From IMG/VR virus record IMGVR_UViG_3300042465_006702, positions 936 through 64,935 of that record: DNA of 64,000 nt, one strand, 5' to 3'. Below are positions 39,759 to 48,331 of this stretch, one piece after another. The notes below the pieces were generated by a model. That model saw nothing but the letters and a program-made list of their open reading frames with translations, was not told where the DNA came from and did not search any database. The stretch's first letter is position 1; each line of letters begins with the position of its first letter. Both the position numbers and the translations under genes were made by a program. The stretch comes from a virus. Lineage: Duplodnaviria; Caudoviricetes.

Positions 39759-40418
39759 CTATTTATTTAAATACTCTATAATTTCATCTGCCAACTCTCT
39801 ATGTCCAACTTCACCATAATGACCATCTTTAACAATTCCATCCGATTCAACTGACATATCGGTTCTTGTTCTGATTGGTATATCGACATTAATATTGTGT
39901 TTTCCACCGAAAGTAGAATCGCACCAAGTCCAAAACACAACTTTAACTCCTTTTAATTTTGCCCACTCTTTTATAAAAAATCCCCAATCATTGATTTCAT
40001 CACTATAAAAATCACTAAATTCATACCTGTTAAGTATTATATGTTCGGCAACTTCTTTTGTTACACAGGTACCATCAACACATGCCTCTTCAATTCCACC
40101 ATGCCACCCTGCTGCCCATATCTGTTGCCACATCCTAGTTTTATCTGGTCTTTGTTTAGCTAATCTATATCGCATGACCGGCGACCATCCAATTATAAGG
40201 ATATCTCCAGACTGTATTTCTTTTTGGTATTTTAAAAAATCTGCAAATATTTGATTACAGGAAGAACCTGCAACACCTTTATTTTCAGAAAGCATACTAT
40301 ATTCTTCTGCTACAAATTTACAATAATCTTTTGATTCTCTACCCAACCATTCCGTATATGGTCCATCACCACTAATAGGCGCAGTCATTGAATCTCCAAA
40401 TGCCCAAACAGTATTCAT
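39759..40418 (-). CDS. SGNH/GDSL-fold protein
   Basis: WAFGDSMT, GVAGSS, IGWS, DGHYGEVGHRELADEI. Confidence 0.72.
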   Translation of the reverse strand: MNTVWAFGDSMTAPISGDGPYTEWLGRESKDYCKFVAEEYSMLSENKGVAGSSCNQIFADFLKYQKEIQSGDILIIGWSPVMRYRLAKQRPDKTRMWQQIWAAGWHGGIEEACVDGTCVTKEVAEHIILNRYEFSDFYSDEINDWGFFIKEWAKLKGVKVVFWTWCDSTFGGKHNINVDIPIRTRTDMSVESDGIVKDGHYGEVGHRELADEIIEYLNK

Positions 40419-40426
40419 AATTTTTA

Positions 40427-40900
40427 TTATACATTTCTTTTTTGTGATTTCGTATCTATTCCGATTACATTTTTATTTTTTGGAGTAATTTCGTTTACAT
40501 CCATAGTTAATTCAATCACTTTTTTTAATCCGGTTATTTTATATGTTCTGTAAGAATCATTTGTAATTCCTGGCATTTTACTTATTGTTTTTTCGTAAAT
40601 TTGTTTTGCATTTCCTCTCATTTGTAATCGTTCAGTTTCCTCATTTACAAATTTACCAAAAAATCGTTTAATCAAATTTGGATTTACATTTGATACTTTT
40701 ATACAATGGATTATATCTTTAGCTCTTGATACAAAAAGTGTAAAAACAATTGGAGCGGTTGTTTCCGTAAACCTTCCTTTATCTCCATCCACATATTCAT
40801 ATTCTTTTATAAGATAGAATTTACCCCTAGTCATTTTATTAGGAGCAATGTTATTTCTATCATCTACAAATTTACGATATATTGGATTAAAATTGCTCAT
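40427..40900 (-). CDS. hypothetical protein (weak resemblance to gp2 DNA end protector)
   Basis: GKFYLI..Y...PIVF...YRTY; weak similarity only. Confidence 0.4.
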   Translation of the reverse strand: MSNFNPIYRKFVDDRNNIAPNKMTRGKFYLIKEYEYVDGDKGRFTETTAPIVFTLFVSRAKDIIHCIKVSNVNPNLIKRFFGKFVNEETERLQMRGNAKQIYEKTISKMPGITNDSYRTYKITGLKKVIELTMDVNEITPKNKNVIGIDTKSQKRNV

Positions 40901-42168
40901 TATTTATTTAACATTTTTAATTTAGGTAATTGTAATTGTTGGAACTTTGGTTGTAGTTTTGTATAAATACCATACTTGTCCAAAATACCATCAAACAATT
41001 TTGTCATTTTTTCTAAACCAAAATTTTGTTTATTCTGCTTACCCAATTGGAATGATGCCGTTTTGTATTTATCATAGTTTTTATAAACATCTTTTATACT
41101 CTGTAATGCTTTAGAAATGTTTACATTAAACCATTGTGATTCTTTTAATAAGAATTGGTCGGCTGCAGATTCATGTACATTTTTCAACTCACCCTCCAAC
41201 AATACTGCTCCTTCTTTTAAGAAATCCAAATGCCCACTCCAATTAGATACAATTACGGGTTTACCTGTCAAACTGAATTCTAAAAGCGGTCTACCAAACC
41301 CTTCACCTTTTGTGAAGTTTAACATTACTTTTACTTTTGGATGTTCATACAATCCATTTAATTCGGATGGATTCATATCACCATGTATCAAATATACAGG
41401 AACTTTACCATAATCTTTAGCTAAAGCATGTCTTATTTTTGAAACAGTTGCTTCTCTATCCAAAACGCTAAATGTTGCGGATGATGTTTTTAGTACCAAA
41501 GCTGGTTTAACTTTTTCATCTCTAAATGCCATTGCGAATGTTTTAATCATCATACCAACATTCTTTCTATCTTCACCTTCATCACCCTTCAACCAATGTC
41601 CTACAAATAGGAAAGCAAAATCTTCTTTAACTTCATCTAATACATTAATTGTTGCAACTTCATTCGTTCCGAAATCGTTCTCATTAAATCCCTCAAAAAG
41701 TATTTCTACGGGTTTTTCAATTTTATGTTGCTTTATTAATTGTCCAGTTTGTTGATTTGCTTCGTTATAAACGGTTCCAACTAAACTCTTTTTAGCATGT
41801 TCGGATGGTACTATAATTAAGTCCATTCTATTACAACCATGTATCCAATCTAATGCACATGCGGTTGTTTCAATTCCTGCGGTAATTCCAATGTTGTAAT
41901 GTCCAATCTGTTGGAATTCGTTAGGAACGGTAACTTGCATATAAATGTCTGGCTTTTGTTCAATTTTTGGATTAATATTATCTACAATCCATTTATGAAA
42001 TTCGTTATTATAATTAAGTGCATCCATCGGAGTATTACCCCAACGAGTACTGATAATTTTAATATCAAACTTATCTAACTTATAAAGAGAGTGTAATAAA
42101 TCTCTTGCGTGGTCACCATATCCACTTCTCGTTGCTACTGGTGCCTGAAATACTAATGTTGGTTTCAT
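40900..42168 (-). CDS. GT4 glycosyltransferase
   Basis: TRSGYG, IVPSEH, DRKNV, GEGFGRPLLE, WSGHLDF. Confidence 0.88.
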   Translation of the reverse strand: MKPTLVFQAPVATRSGYGDHARDLLHSLYKLDKFDIKIISTRWGNTPMDALNYNNEFHKWIVDNINPKIEQKPDIYMQVTVPNEFQQIGHYNIGITAGIETTACALDWIHGCNRMDLIIVPSEHAKKSLVGTVYNEANQQTGQLIKQHKIEKPVEILFEGFNENDFGTNEVATINVLDEVKEDFAFLFVGHWLKGDEGEDRKNVGMMIKTFAMAFRDEKVKPALVLKTSSATFSVLDREATVSKIRHALAKDYGKVPVYLIHGDMNPSELNGLYEHPKVKVMLNFTKGEGFGRPLLEFSLTGKPVIVSNWSGHLDFLKEGAVLLEGELKNVHESAADQFLLKESQWFNVNISKALQSIKDVYKNYDKYKTASFQLGKQNKQNFGLEKMTKLFDGILDKYGIYTKLQPKFQQLQLPKLKMLNK

Positions 42169-43538
42169 ATTGTAACTAATTGATATTTTTTAATAGGTTT
42201 CCAATTTTTAAATGCTCCTTCCATACCATCGGCTAAAGATTGGCACATATATTCTCTACTTAAATTTCCATCTCCTAACATCCACTTTCTACCTTTTAAT
42301 CCTGCTGCTTTTCTTTCTTCTCTACCCATATCATACCATTCTCTAATTAATGGTGTTACATCTATAAAATCAACTCTATCATCAAAGATATATGGAGTAG
42401 GTACTGAACCCGTTGTTGAACGAACTGGCCAAATTGGTTTAACCCATTCACCACATTTTGTTTTTCCATATTGTTTTTTATCATGTAAAGAACCAATTTT
42501 TATATAATCATCTGCGGTTAGGTATTTACCACCTATTTCGAATCCACATTGGTCTTGCATACCACCTGTTACATTTACAATGATTGGAGTTCCAGCCATT
42601 ACTGACTCTGCTGTTGCTAATCCAAATCCTTCATTAGATGCTAAATTGATTGTAACATCTGCTAAATTGTAAAGGTAATTTAATTCCGTTTCAGTATATC
42701 TGTTTGGTGCAAAAATAACTTTTGAATCTGGCATTAAATCCAATGCAACTTTAGGTAAATCCGTACCATTTTCATCTACCGGTGTTGTATGCATAACCAT
42801 ACAAACCTTATCCCATTTATCTTTAGGCAATCCTTTACGGAACTCATCGAATGCTAACATAGCATCAATTGGTTGTTTTCTACGAATATTACGGTTTGAC
42901 CAATAAAGAACAAATTCATATTCTTTATCGCCAAATAAAGATTTTTTAAAATCTTGTGGAACTTCCACAGGTTTGTAATCTTCGGAATTGATACCATGTG
43001 GAACATAACTAACTTGCCAATCTTTTAATGTATTCCAATGTGGTTCTTTATCCCATGCGCCAACTCTTTTAACAATACCATAAGTTTGTTTTGAGATACA
43101 TCCCAACCAATCACAACTTTCATAGTAATCTCTATTGTATTTTGGGTCTGGCAAATCATCCCAAATGTGATAAAAGAATAAAGGTACTGATTGGCGGATT
43201 TCATGTGCCATTTCATATAACCAAATCCAATAACGTGGGTCAGTAAAATGAAGAATCGCATCAGGTTTTTCAATCATAAGTAGTTGTCTGATTGCATCTG
43301 GATTTCCATATCCATCAAACGGATAAATTTTTACAGATGCATCTGCAACCCCCGTTCTTTTACGAATATCTTCATTTAAATCCATAGCCTGTCCGGCTTC
43401 CGGATGTTTAATAGCCGCACCTAATTGGACCCAATCGTATTTATCAACCGTTCCTAATACTAATTGTTTGGAAACATTTGCGATACCACTACTCATTCGT
43501 AGGTCATCGGAAAGTAACAGAATTTTCTTTTTAGCCAT
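42165..43538 (-). CDS. GT4 glycosyltransferase
   Basis: YVPHGI, NRNIRRK, NEGFGLATAES, TGGMQDQ. Confidence 0.88.
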   Translation of the reverse strand: MAKKKILLLSDDLRMSSGIANVSKQLVLGTVDKYDWVQLGAAIKHPEAGQAMDLNEDIRKRTGVADASVKIYPFDGYGNPDAIRQLLMIEKPDAILHFTDPRYWIWLYEMAHEIRQSVPLFFYHIWDDLPDPKYNRDYYESCDWLGCISKQTYGIVKRVGAWDKEPHWNTLKDWQVSYVPHGINSEDYKPVEVPQDFKKSLFGDKEYEFVLYWSNRNIRRKQPIDAMLAFDEFRKGLPKDKWDKVCMVMHTTPVDENGTDLPKVALDLMPDSKVIFAPNRYTETELNYLYNLADVTINLASNEGFGLATAESVMAGTPIIVNVTGGMQDQCGFEIGGKYLTADDYIKIGSLHDKKQYGKTKCGEWVKPIWPVRSTTGSVPTPYIFDDRVDFIDVTPLIREWYDMGREERKAAGLKGRKWMLGDGNLSREYMCQSLADGMEGAFKNWKPIKKYQLVTI

Positions 43539-43567
43539 AACTTAATTTAAAATATATATGTTTTTCT

Positions 43568-44437
43568 TTAATTTTTTCCATCACAATGTGTTCCATAAAA
43601 TTCACACCATCCACACAATTTGGATGGTTTTTTATGGTATTGTGTTTCTAATTTATAATTTCCTGTATTATCGAATACACTTTCAACAAAAGCCTTAAAA
43701 CCATTCCATGCTTTGTTTATAGATGGTTTTCCATTTGCAGGAATATGTTTACTGATTCGATGTGTTGGTATATCTTCTCTGATTGTAACTTTTCTTTTTA
43801 GGATGATAAATTCAACATCTATCATATCTTCAGAAACTCCTATCATTTCTGCATAAAACTTTTTGTAAAGAAGTATTTGTGAATTTTTAACAGGATCGGA
43901 CTTTTGATACTTACTCCAACCCGATGTTGATGTTTTGAAATCTATAATACGATACTTGCCATTAAACTTATCTCTGATAATTAAATCAATAAACCCCATA
44001 AAGTTTACACCTTCTGCAATCTTTGTATTTATTGGTTGCTCTATCGCCACCAATTCATCATGCTTTAGTGAAAAGAATTTATTGAAATTTTTTGATTTTT
44101 GAAACCAATCTAATAAAACTTGTCCATCATAAAGAAATTCAATCATTTCTTCTTTGGTACAAATTGTTTGATTACCGATTTCTCCACCTGTTTCCTTTAA
44201 AAAAGTATCTCTCATTCTTTCTTTGAGAAACTCTTTCAAATCAATCATTTTATCCGCCTGCGATTTCGATATTCTTAAACACTTATCTAAATAATGTTGT
44301 AGTGTTTCATGCATTGCTGTTCCAAAAACGGAATGTATATTAGATGTAGATTGTGATAACCCATCTATATATGCTAATTTGTATTGTTGTGGACATGTAC
44401 TCCACATACTATATTGTGAAAACGATACTCTTGCCAT
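43568..44437 (-). CDS. PD-(D/E)XK Cas4/RecB-like nuclease with Fe-S staple
   Basis: SFS..CP, GTAMH, GFID, IIDFKT, CGWC..C. Confidence 0.85.
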   Translation of the reverse strand: MARVSFSQYSMWSTCPQQYKLAYIDGLSQSTSNIHSVFGTAMHETLQHYLDKCLRISKSQADKMIDLKEFLKERMRDTFLKETGGEIGNQTICTKEEMIEFLYDGQVLLDWFQKSKNFNKFFSLKHDELVAIEQPINTKIAEGVNFMGFIDLIIRDKFNGKYRIIDFKTSTSGWSKYQKSDPVKNSQILLYKKFYAEMIGVSEDMIDVEFIILKRKVTIREDIPTHRISKHIPANGKPSINKAWNGFKAFVESVFDNTGNYKLETQYHKKPSKLCGWCEFYGTHCDGKN

Positions 44438-44441
44438 AGAA

Positions 44442-44473
44442 CTAATATAACTAAATTTTTTGGATTTATCAAA
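44442..44473 (-). promoter_or_regulatory. Bacteroidota sigma70-type promoter
   Basis: TTTG-N20-TATATTAG. Confidence 0.6.
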
Positions 44474-44921
44474 TTTTTAATTTCAATTTAGTTATTTGTT
44501 TTTTATCAGTTCCATATTTTTCGCAAATGTATTTAATATTCTCTCTTCCTTCTCTTGTTGAATATAAAACCTCAATATATTCTAATGCTTCCTTTTCGGA
44601 ACATTGAAAATCCGTCTTAATCAAATCAATTAGGAATTCTTCGTATTTATCTGCCGATTTTCCCTTTGTATATTTTAAAAAATATTTTCCTTTTGGAATA
44701 ACACTAATATACAACTTATACATTTCTTTTGGTTGTAGTGTTTGTGTAAGTGGGAGTAAGGTAGCAATAAGTTCAACCCATTCCGGCTTCATTGATAGGA
44801 ATCGATTAATCATAAAATTACTCCAAGACTTTAAATCTTCTTCTGATAATTTATCAAAATACTTTGGGTCTTGTTCGGTAGTTATTGCATTTAAATGGTC
44901 AAATAACTTTTTAGCTGCCAT
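44469..44921 (-). CDS. clamp loader small subunit (gp62-like)
   Basis: LFDHLNAI, FMINRFLS, IPKGKYFLKY; close to the gp44-like gene. Confidence 0.75.
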   Translation of the reverse strand: MAAKKLFDHLNAITTEQDPKYFDKLSEEDLKSWSNFMINRFLSMKPEWVELIATLLPLTQTLQPKEMYKLYISVIPKGKYFLKYTKGKSADKYEEFLIDLIKTDFQCSEKEALEYIEVLYSTREGRENIKYICEKYGTDKKQITKLKLKI

Positions 44922-45160
44922 TATTCTATAATTTTTGAATCTTTTAATTCATCTGGTAGTAAATCGTGTAAAGGTTTACCACATTGGGTACATAGATACA
45001 TTTCTATTGGTAATATACTATCTTTTGCTCCACCAGTAACTAATCTAGAAACTTTTCTAAATCTGTAACCTGGCATAAAAGTATTATTTCCACATTCACA
45101 TAACATTTCTCTTGCATCGGTTAATTTAAAACCCATTGGCATTTGTGGTTGTTGTTCCAT
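44921..45160 (-). CDS. Zn-ribbon protein
   Basis: CECG...CTQCG. Confidence 0.65.
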   Translation of the reverse strand: MEQQPQMPMGFKLTDAREMLCECGNNTFMPGYRFRKVSRLVTGGAKDSILPIEMYLCTQCGKPLHDLLPDELKDSKIIE

Positions 45161-46107
45161 TATTTTATAATATTTAAAATTTGTATAATTGTGCTCATAA
45201 ACACTATCTCTTTATCTACTACCAACGCATCTTTGGATAACCCATCTGCGATAGTAAGTATAACATTTGCTGTATTCCCAGCTGCATAATCATCCACTTT
45301 ATCGTATAACATTGAATACATTTCTGAATAATCATTTAAATGGTTATCAGCCACTGCTTGTCTAATTGATAGAAATAAATTTCTTTTATCATTTGATGAT
45401 TTTAATAAATCAATCAATTTTGTTTGAAAATTACTTTCAACCATAACTTTATGGTCTACTTTCAATTCACCCTTTGCGGATTGTAATTGACAAGTATTAA
45501 GTATTCTTCTAATATCTGGATAATAAGAATTTATAATATCCGCCATATTTTTTGGTTCATACTTAATCTTTTCAGCATCTAATATCTTTGCTACCTGAAC
45601 TGCTACATCCTTTTTAGTAGGAGGTGTGATTGCGAAAGATTGACATCTACTTTGGATAGGGTCAATGATTTTCTCAATGTAATTACAGGTTAAGATAAAT
45701 CTACAATGCTTACTGAATGTTTCCATTAAGTTTCTCAAAATCGCTTGTGCTCCCGGTGTCATATAATCAAACTCATCTAATATGATTACTTTGAAACCTG
45801 CAAATCCAACCGATGATGCAAAGTTCTTAACTTTTGTTCTTACGGTGTCCACATTGTTTTCATCCGATGCGTTGATAATCATATAATCACATTTGATTGT
45901 GTTTACGATTAACTTTGCAAGTGTGGTCTTACCAGTACCTGCTTTTCCGTATAACAACAAATGTGGTATATCGTTTGCATCTAAATATTGCTGTATTGTT
46001 TCTTTGATGGTTTCATTACCAACATAGTCAGCAAGAGTTTGTGGGCGGTATTTCTCCACCCACAAACTATGTTCTCTTTTGTTTATATCGTTTGCGAAAA
46101 AACTCAT
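45160..46107 (-). CDS. clamp loader AAA+ subunit (gp44/RFC small)
   Basis: WVEKYRP, GKAGTGKT, NASD, DEFD, SRC. Confidence 0.95.
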   Translation of the reverse strand: MSFFANDINKREHSLWVEKYRPQTLADYVGNETIKETIQQYLDANDIPHLLLYGKAGTGKTTLAKLIVNTIKCDYMIINASDENNVDTVRTKVKNFASSVGFAGFKVIILDEFDYMTPGAQAILRNLMETFSKHCRFILTCNYIEKIIDPIQSRCQSFAITPPTKKDVAVQVAKILDAEKIKYEPKNMADIINSYYPDIRRILNTCQLQSAKGELKVDHKVMVESNFQTKLIDLLKSSNDKRNLFLSIRQAVADNHLNDYSEMYSMLYDKVDDYAAGNTANVILTIADGLSKDALVVDKEIVFMSTIIQILNIIK

Positions 46108-46108
46108 A

Positions 46109-46525
46109 TTATTTTCCAGTTGAACCGAATCCGCCTTCGCCTCTTTCGGTGTTAGATAATTCTTCTACTTCTTCAAATTGAATTTGGGGATAAGGTAAAA
46201 TCATAATTTGCGCACCTCTATCACCGACTTCATATATATGCTGTCCTATTTTTTTAAAGGTTGCCTGCAATTCACCTCTATAACCACTATCAATTACTCC
46301 TACCGCATTTGTTAAAAACAAATCGTATTTTCGGATTGATGAACGAGGAAATACTAATCCCACATATCCTTCAGGTATTTCTAAAGAAATTCCAAATCCA
46401 TATGAAATATCCTCTTTGTTTTCGTTGATAATAGATGTAATTACCAAATCCATACCGGCATCTCCCGGCTTTGAATAATTAGGAATTACTGCTTTCGGAT
46501 GTAACTTTTTGATTTTTATTTTCAT
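46109..46525 (-). CDS. dut: dUTPase
   Basis: AGMDL, PRSS, GVIDSGYRGE, RGEGGFGSTG. Confidence 0.95.
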   Translation of the reverse strand: MKIKIKKLHPKAVIPNYSKPGDAGMDLVITSIINENKEDISYGFGISLEIPEGYVGLVFPRSSIRKYDLFLTNAVGVIDSGYRGELQATFKKIGQHIYEVGDRGAQIMILPYPQIQFEEVEELSNTERGEGGFGSTGK

Positions 46526-46823
46526 CTTGTTGCTCTTTTCTTAACTTTTTAGTTTCTTCTGTAATTGGTCTTGGGAAAATTCTAAATTCCATACCATTTT
46601 GTCTAAATGTTAAAACCTCACCTTCTACGGCTTGTAATTGTAAAGTCAATGGTGAGCTTGGTGAACCTTCCGGTTGCCATCCAAAAACCAAAGGTTCATT
46701 GTTGAAAAATTGAAAACACCATTCTGCATCCGTAATTGGTTGTGCTTCTGGAATATTTACTTCTTCTTGTGGGGATAATTCATAACCAACTTCTGTTGGG
46801 AATAATTCTAATTGTTCTGTCAT
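46479..46823 (-). CDS. hypothetical protein with N-terminal QLELF motif
   Basis: MTEQLELF; directly downstream of the clamp gene. Confidence 0.6.
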   Translation of the reverse strand: MTEQLELFPTEVGYELSPQEEVNIPEAQPITDAEWCFQFFNNEPLVFGWQPEGSPSSPLTLQLQAVEGEVLTFRQNGMEFRIFPRPITEETKKLRKEQQDENKNQKVTSESSNS

Positions 46824-46828
46824 TTTTA

Positions 46829-47542
46829 TTAATTTGAAATTTCTACTAAATAATATTTACATACAAAATCATCAATTTGGAATTCAACATTTGATAAACC
46901 ATCCGTTGAAACTTTCAATTTTGCTGATGTTGCTTCTTTGTTTGCTGTTAAGATTTCTTTTAAATACTTTGCTGAAAAAGAAATTGGTTTAATCTCTTCA
47001 CTAAATCCTTTGCTTGCCGTAAATGTAACTCTGTTTGTGGAGATAGATGAATAACCAATTGCCATTTTCAAATCACCACCTTCGGTAAAGATTGTGAAAG
47101 TGTCTACATCACTCAACGCACCTTTTGCTTTGATGAAACGGTCTACCATTTGAGATGTCATATCAATTGTAATTCCGAAATCAGGCAATGCTTTTAAATC
47201 TGGAACCGGTGGGATAACACCCAAGTCAGCCAATTGATAAGAAGTTTCCGTATCATCTGAACTTAATTTTAGTGTAACCGCTTTATCGCCGGCTTTATCA
47301 ACTTTTAATGCGATATCACTATCCAATACACCAATCATATTTTTCAATAATGATGTTGTGTAAATACCAACATTAAACGGAGTTGATGTAAATGCATTAA
47401 ATTCAACTTCACCTAATAAGGTTTTATCATCAGAAATAAATCTAACTGATAATTTTGTACCTTCTGCGTTCCATGCTACGGACTCAATAAGTCCACCTAA
47501 TGAATACTTTTGAATAAATTTTAATAAATTGTTTTTGTTCAT
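46829..47542 (-). CDS. DNA sliding clamp (gp45/PCNA-like)
   Basis: 237 aa; GIY....L, FSAKYLKEIL..N, C-terminal YYLV; lies between PolB and the clamp loader. Confidence 0.75.
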   Translation of the reverse strand: MNKNNLLKFIQKYSLGGLIESVAWNAEGTKLSVRFISDDKTLLGEVEFNAFTSTPFNVGIYTTSLLKNMIGVLDSDIALKVDKAGDKAVTLKLSSDDTETSYQLADLGVIPPVPDLKALPDFGITIDMTSQMVDRFIKAKGALSDVDTFTIFTEGGDLKMAIGYSSISTNRVTFTASKGFSEEIKPISFSAKYLKEILTANKEATSAKLKVSTDGLSNVEFQIDDFVCKYYLVEISN

Positions 47543-47563
47543 ACTTTGTGTTTTATGTTTTAA

Positions 47564-47594
47564 CTAATATACGGAAAATTTTTTAAATTTCAAA
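47564..47594 (-). promoter_or_regulatory. Bacteroidota sigma70-type promoter
   Basis: TTTG-N19-TATATTAG. Confidence 0.6.
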
Positions 47595-48329
47595 TTTTTC
47601 TTTTATGTGATTATATAAATTATTTACATATAATTCATTTTCTTTTGGACTTGCGTGTATTTGTGAATCAGGAAAATTTGGATAATCTCCATCGAATCTA
47701 TTTTCATCGGTGTAATCTGTTCCTACAAATGTACCATTCCAAATAAATGGTATTTCTTTTGATTTTAAATAATATGTTATCAATTGATGATTTTTATACC
47801 AATTTATAAAATCTTCTTTATGGTTCAGTGCTTCTACTATATTTGCCCACTTTTTTCTACCTATCATTTCTTCATCAAAATGTCCCCAAGGAATCGGATG
47901 ATATGGTTCTATTCCTCCCGATTCCGTATAGTATTCTCTTCTTTGTGGATATGTATACATTACCAAAACCAAAGATGGTTTTAAATAATCGGTCCATGTT
48001 AATACTGCTCTTGATATATAATCATTACTTCTACCACTTATTCCCAAATTAAGGTCAACTCCATTTGGTATTTTACGAGAAATTAAATGAGGCCAAGTTT
48101 CGTGATTATGAACATTTATACCTTCGGTGTGCGAACAACCTACTGACATTACTCTTATTCCTTTCTTTTTTGGTGAATCGCCTCTAAATCCTAATTCATT
48201 AAATCTATAATAACACCCATCCGAATCGGAACCATTTCCTAAATTTTCTTTATTTTTTCTTTCTTTTATTGACCATTTATAACTGGCAATATCAAATTCG
48301 TCAGGTGTCCAAAATTTTAATACTTCCAT
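47583..48329 (-). CDS. SGNH/GDSL-fold protein between PolB and clamp
   Basis: YRFNELGFRG, VGCSHTEG, TWP, NLGISGRSND, IHAS; start moved to ATG 48329. Confidence 0.72.
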   Translation of the reverse strand: MEVLKFWTPDEFDIASYKWSIKERKNKENLGNGSDSDGCYYRFNELGFRGDSPKKKGIRVMSVGCSHTEGINVHNHETWPHLISRKIPNGVDLNLGISGRSNDYISRAVLTWTDYLKPSLVLVMYTYPQRREYYTESGGIEPYHPIPWGHFDEEMIGRKKWANIVEALNHKEDFINWYKNHQLITYYLKSKEIPFIWNGTFVGTDYTDENRFDGDYPNFPDSQIHASPKENELYVNNLYNHIKEKFEI

Positions 48330-48331
48330 AA

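Noticed and set aside
43568-44437. CRISPR-Cas locus suggested by the Cas4-like nuclease
   Set aside because: No repeat-spacer array or other cas genes seen; stand-alone Cas4-like nucleases are common in phages
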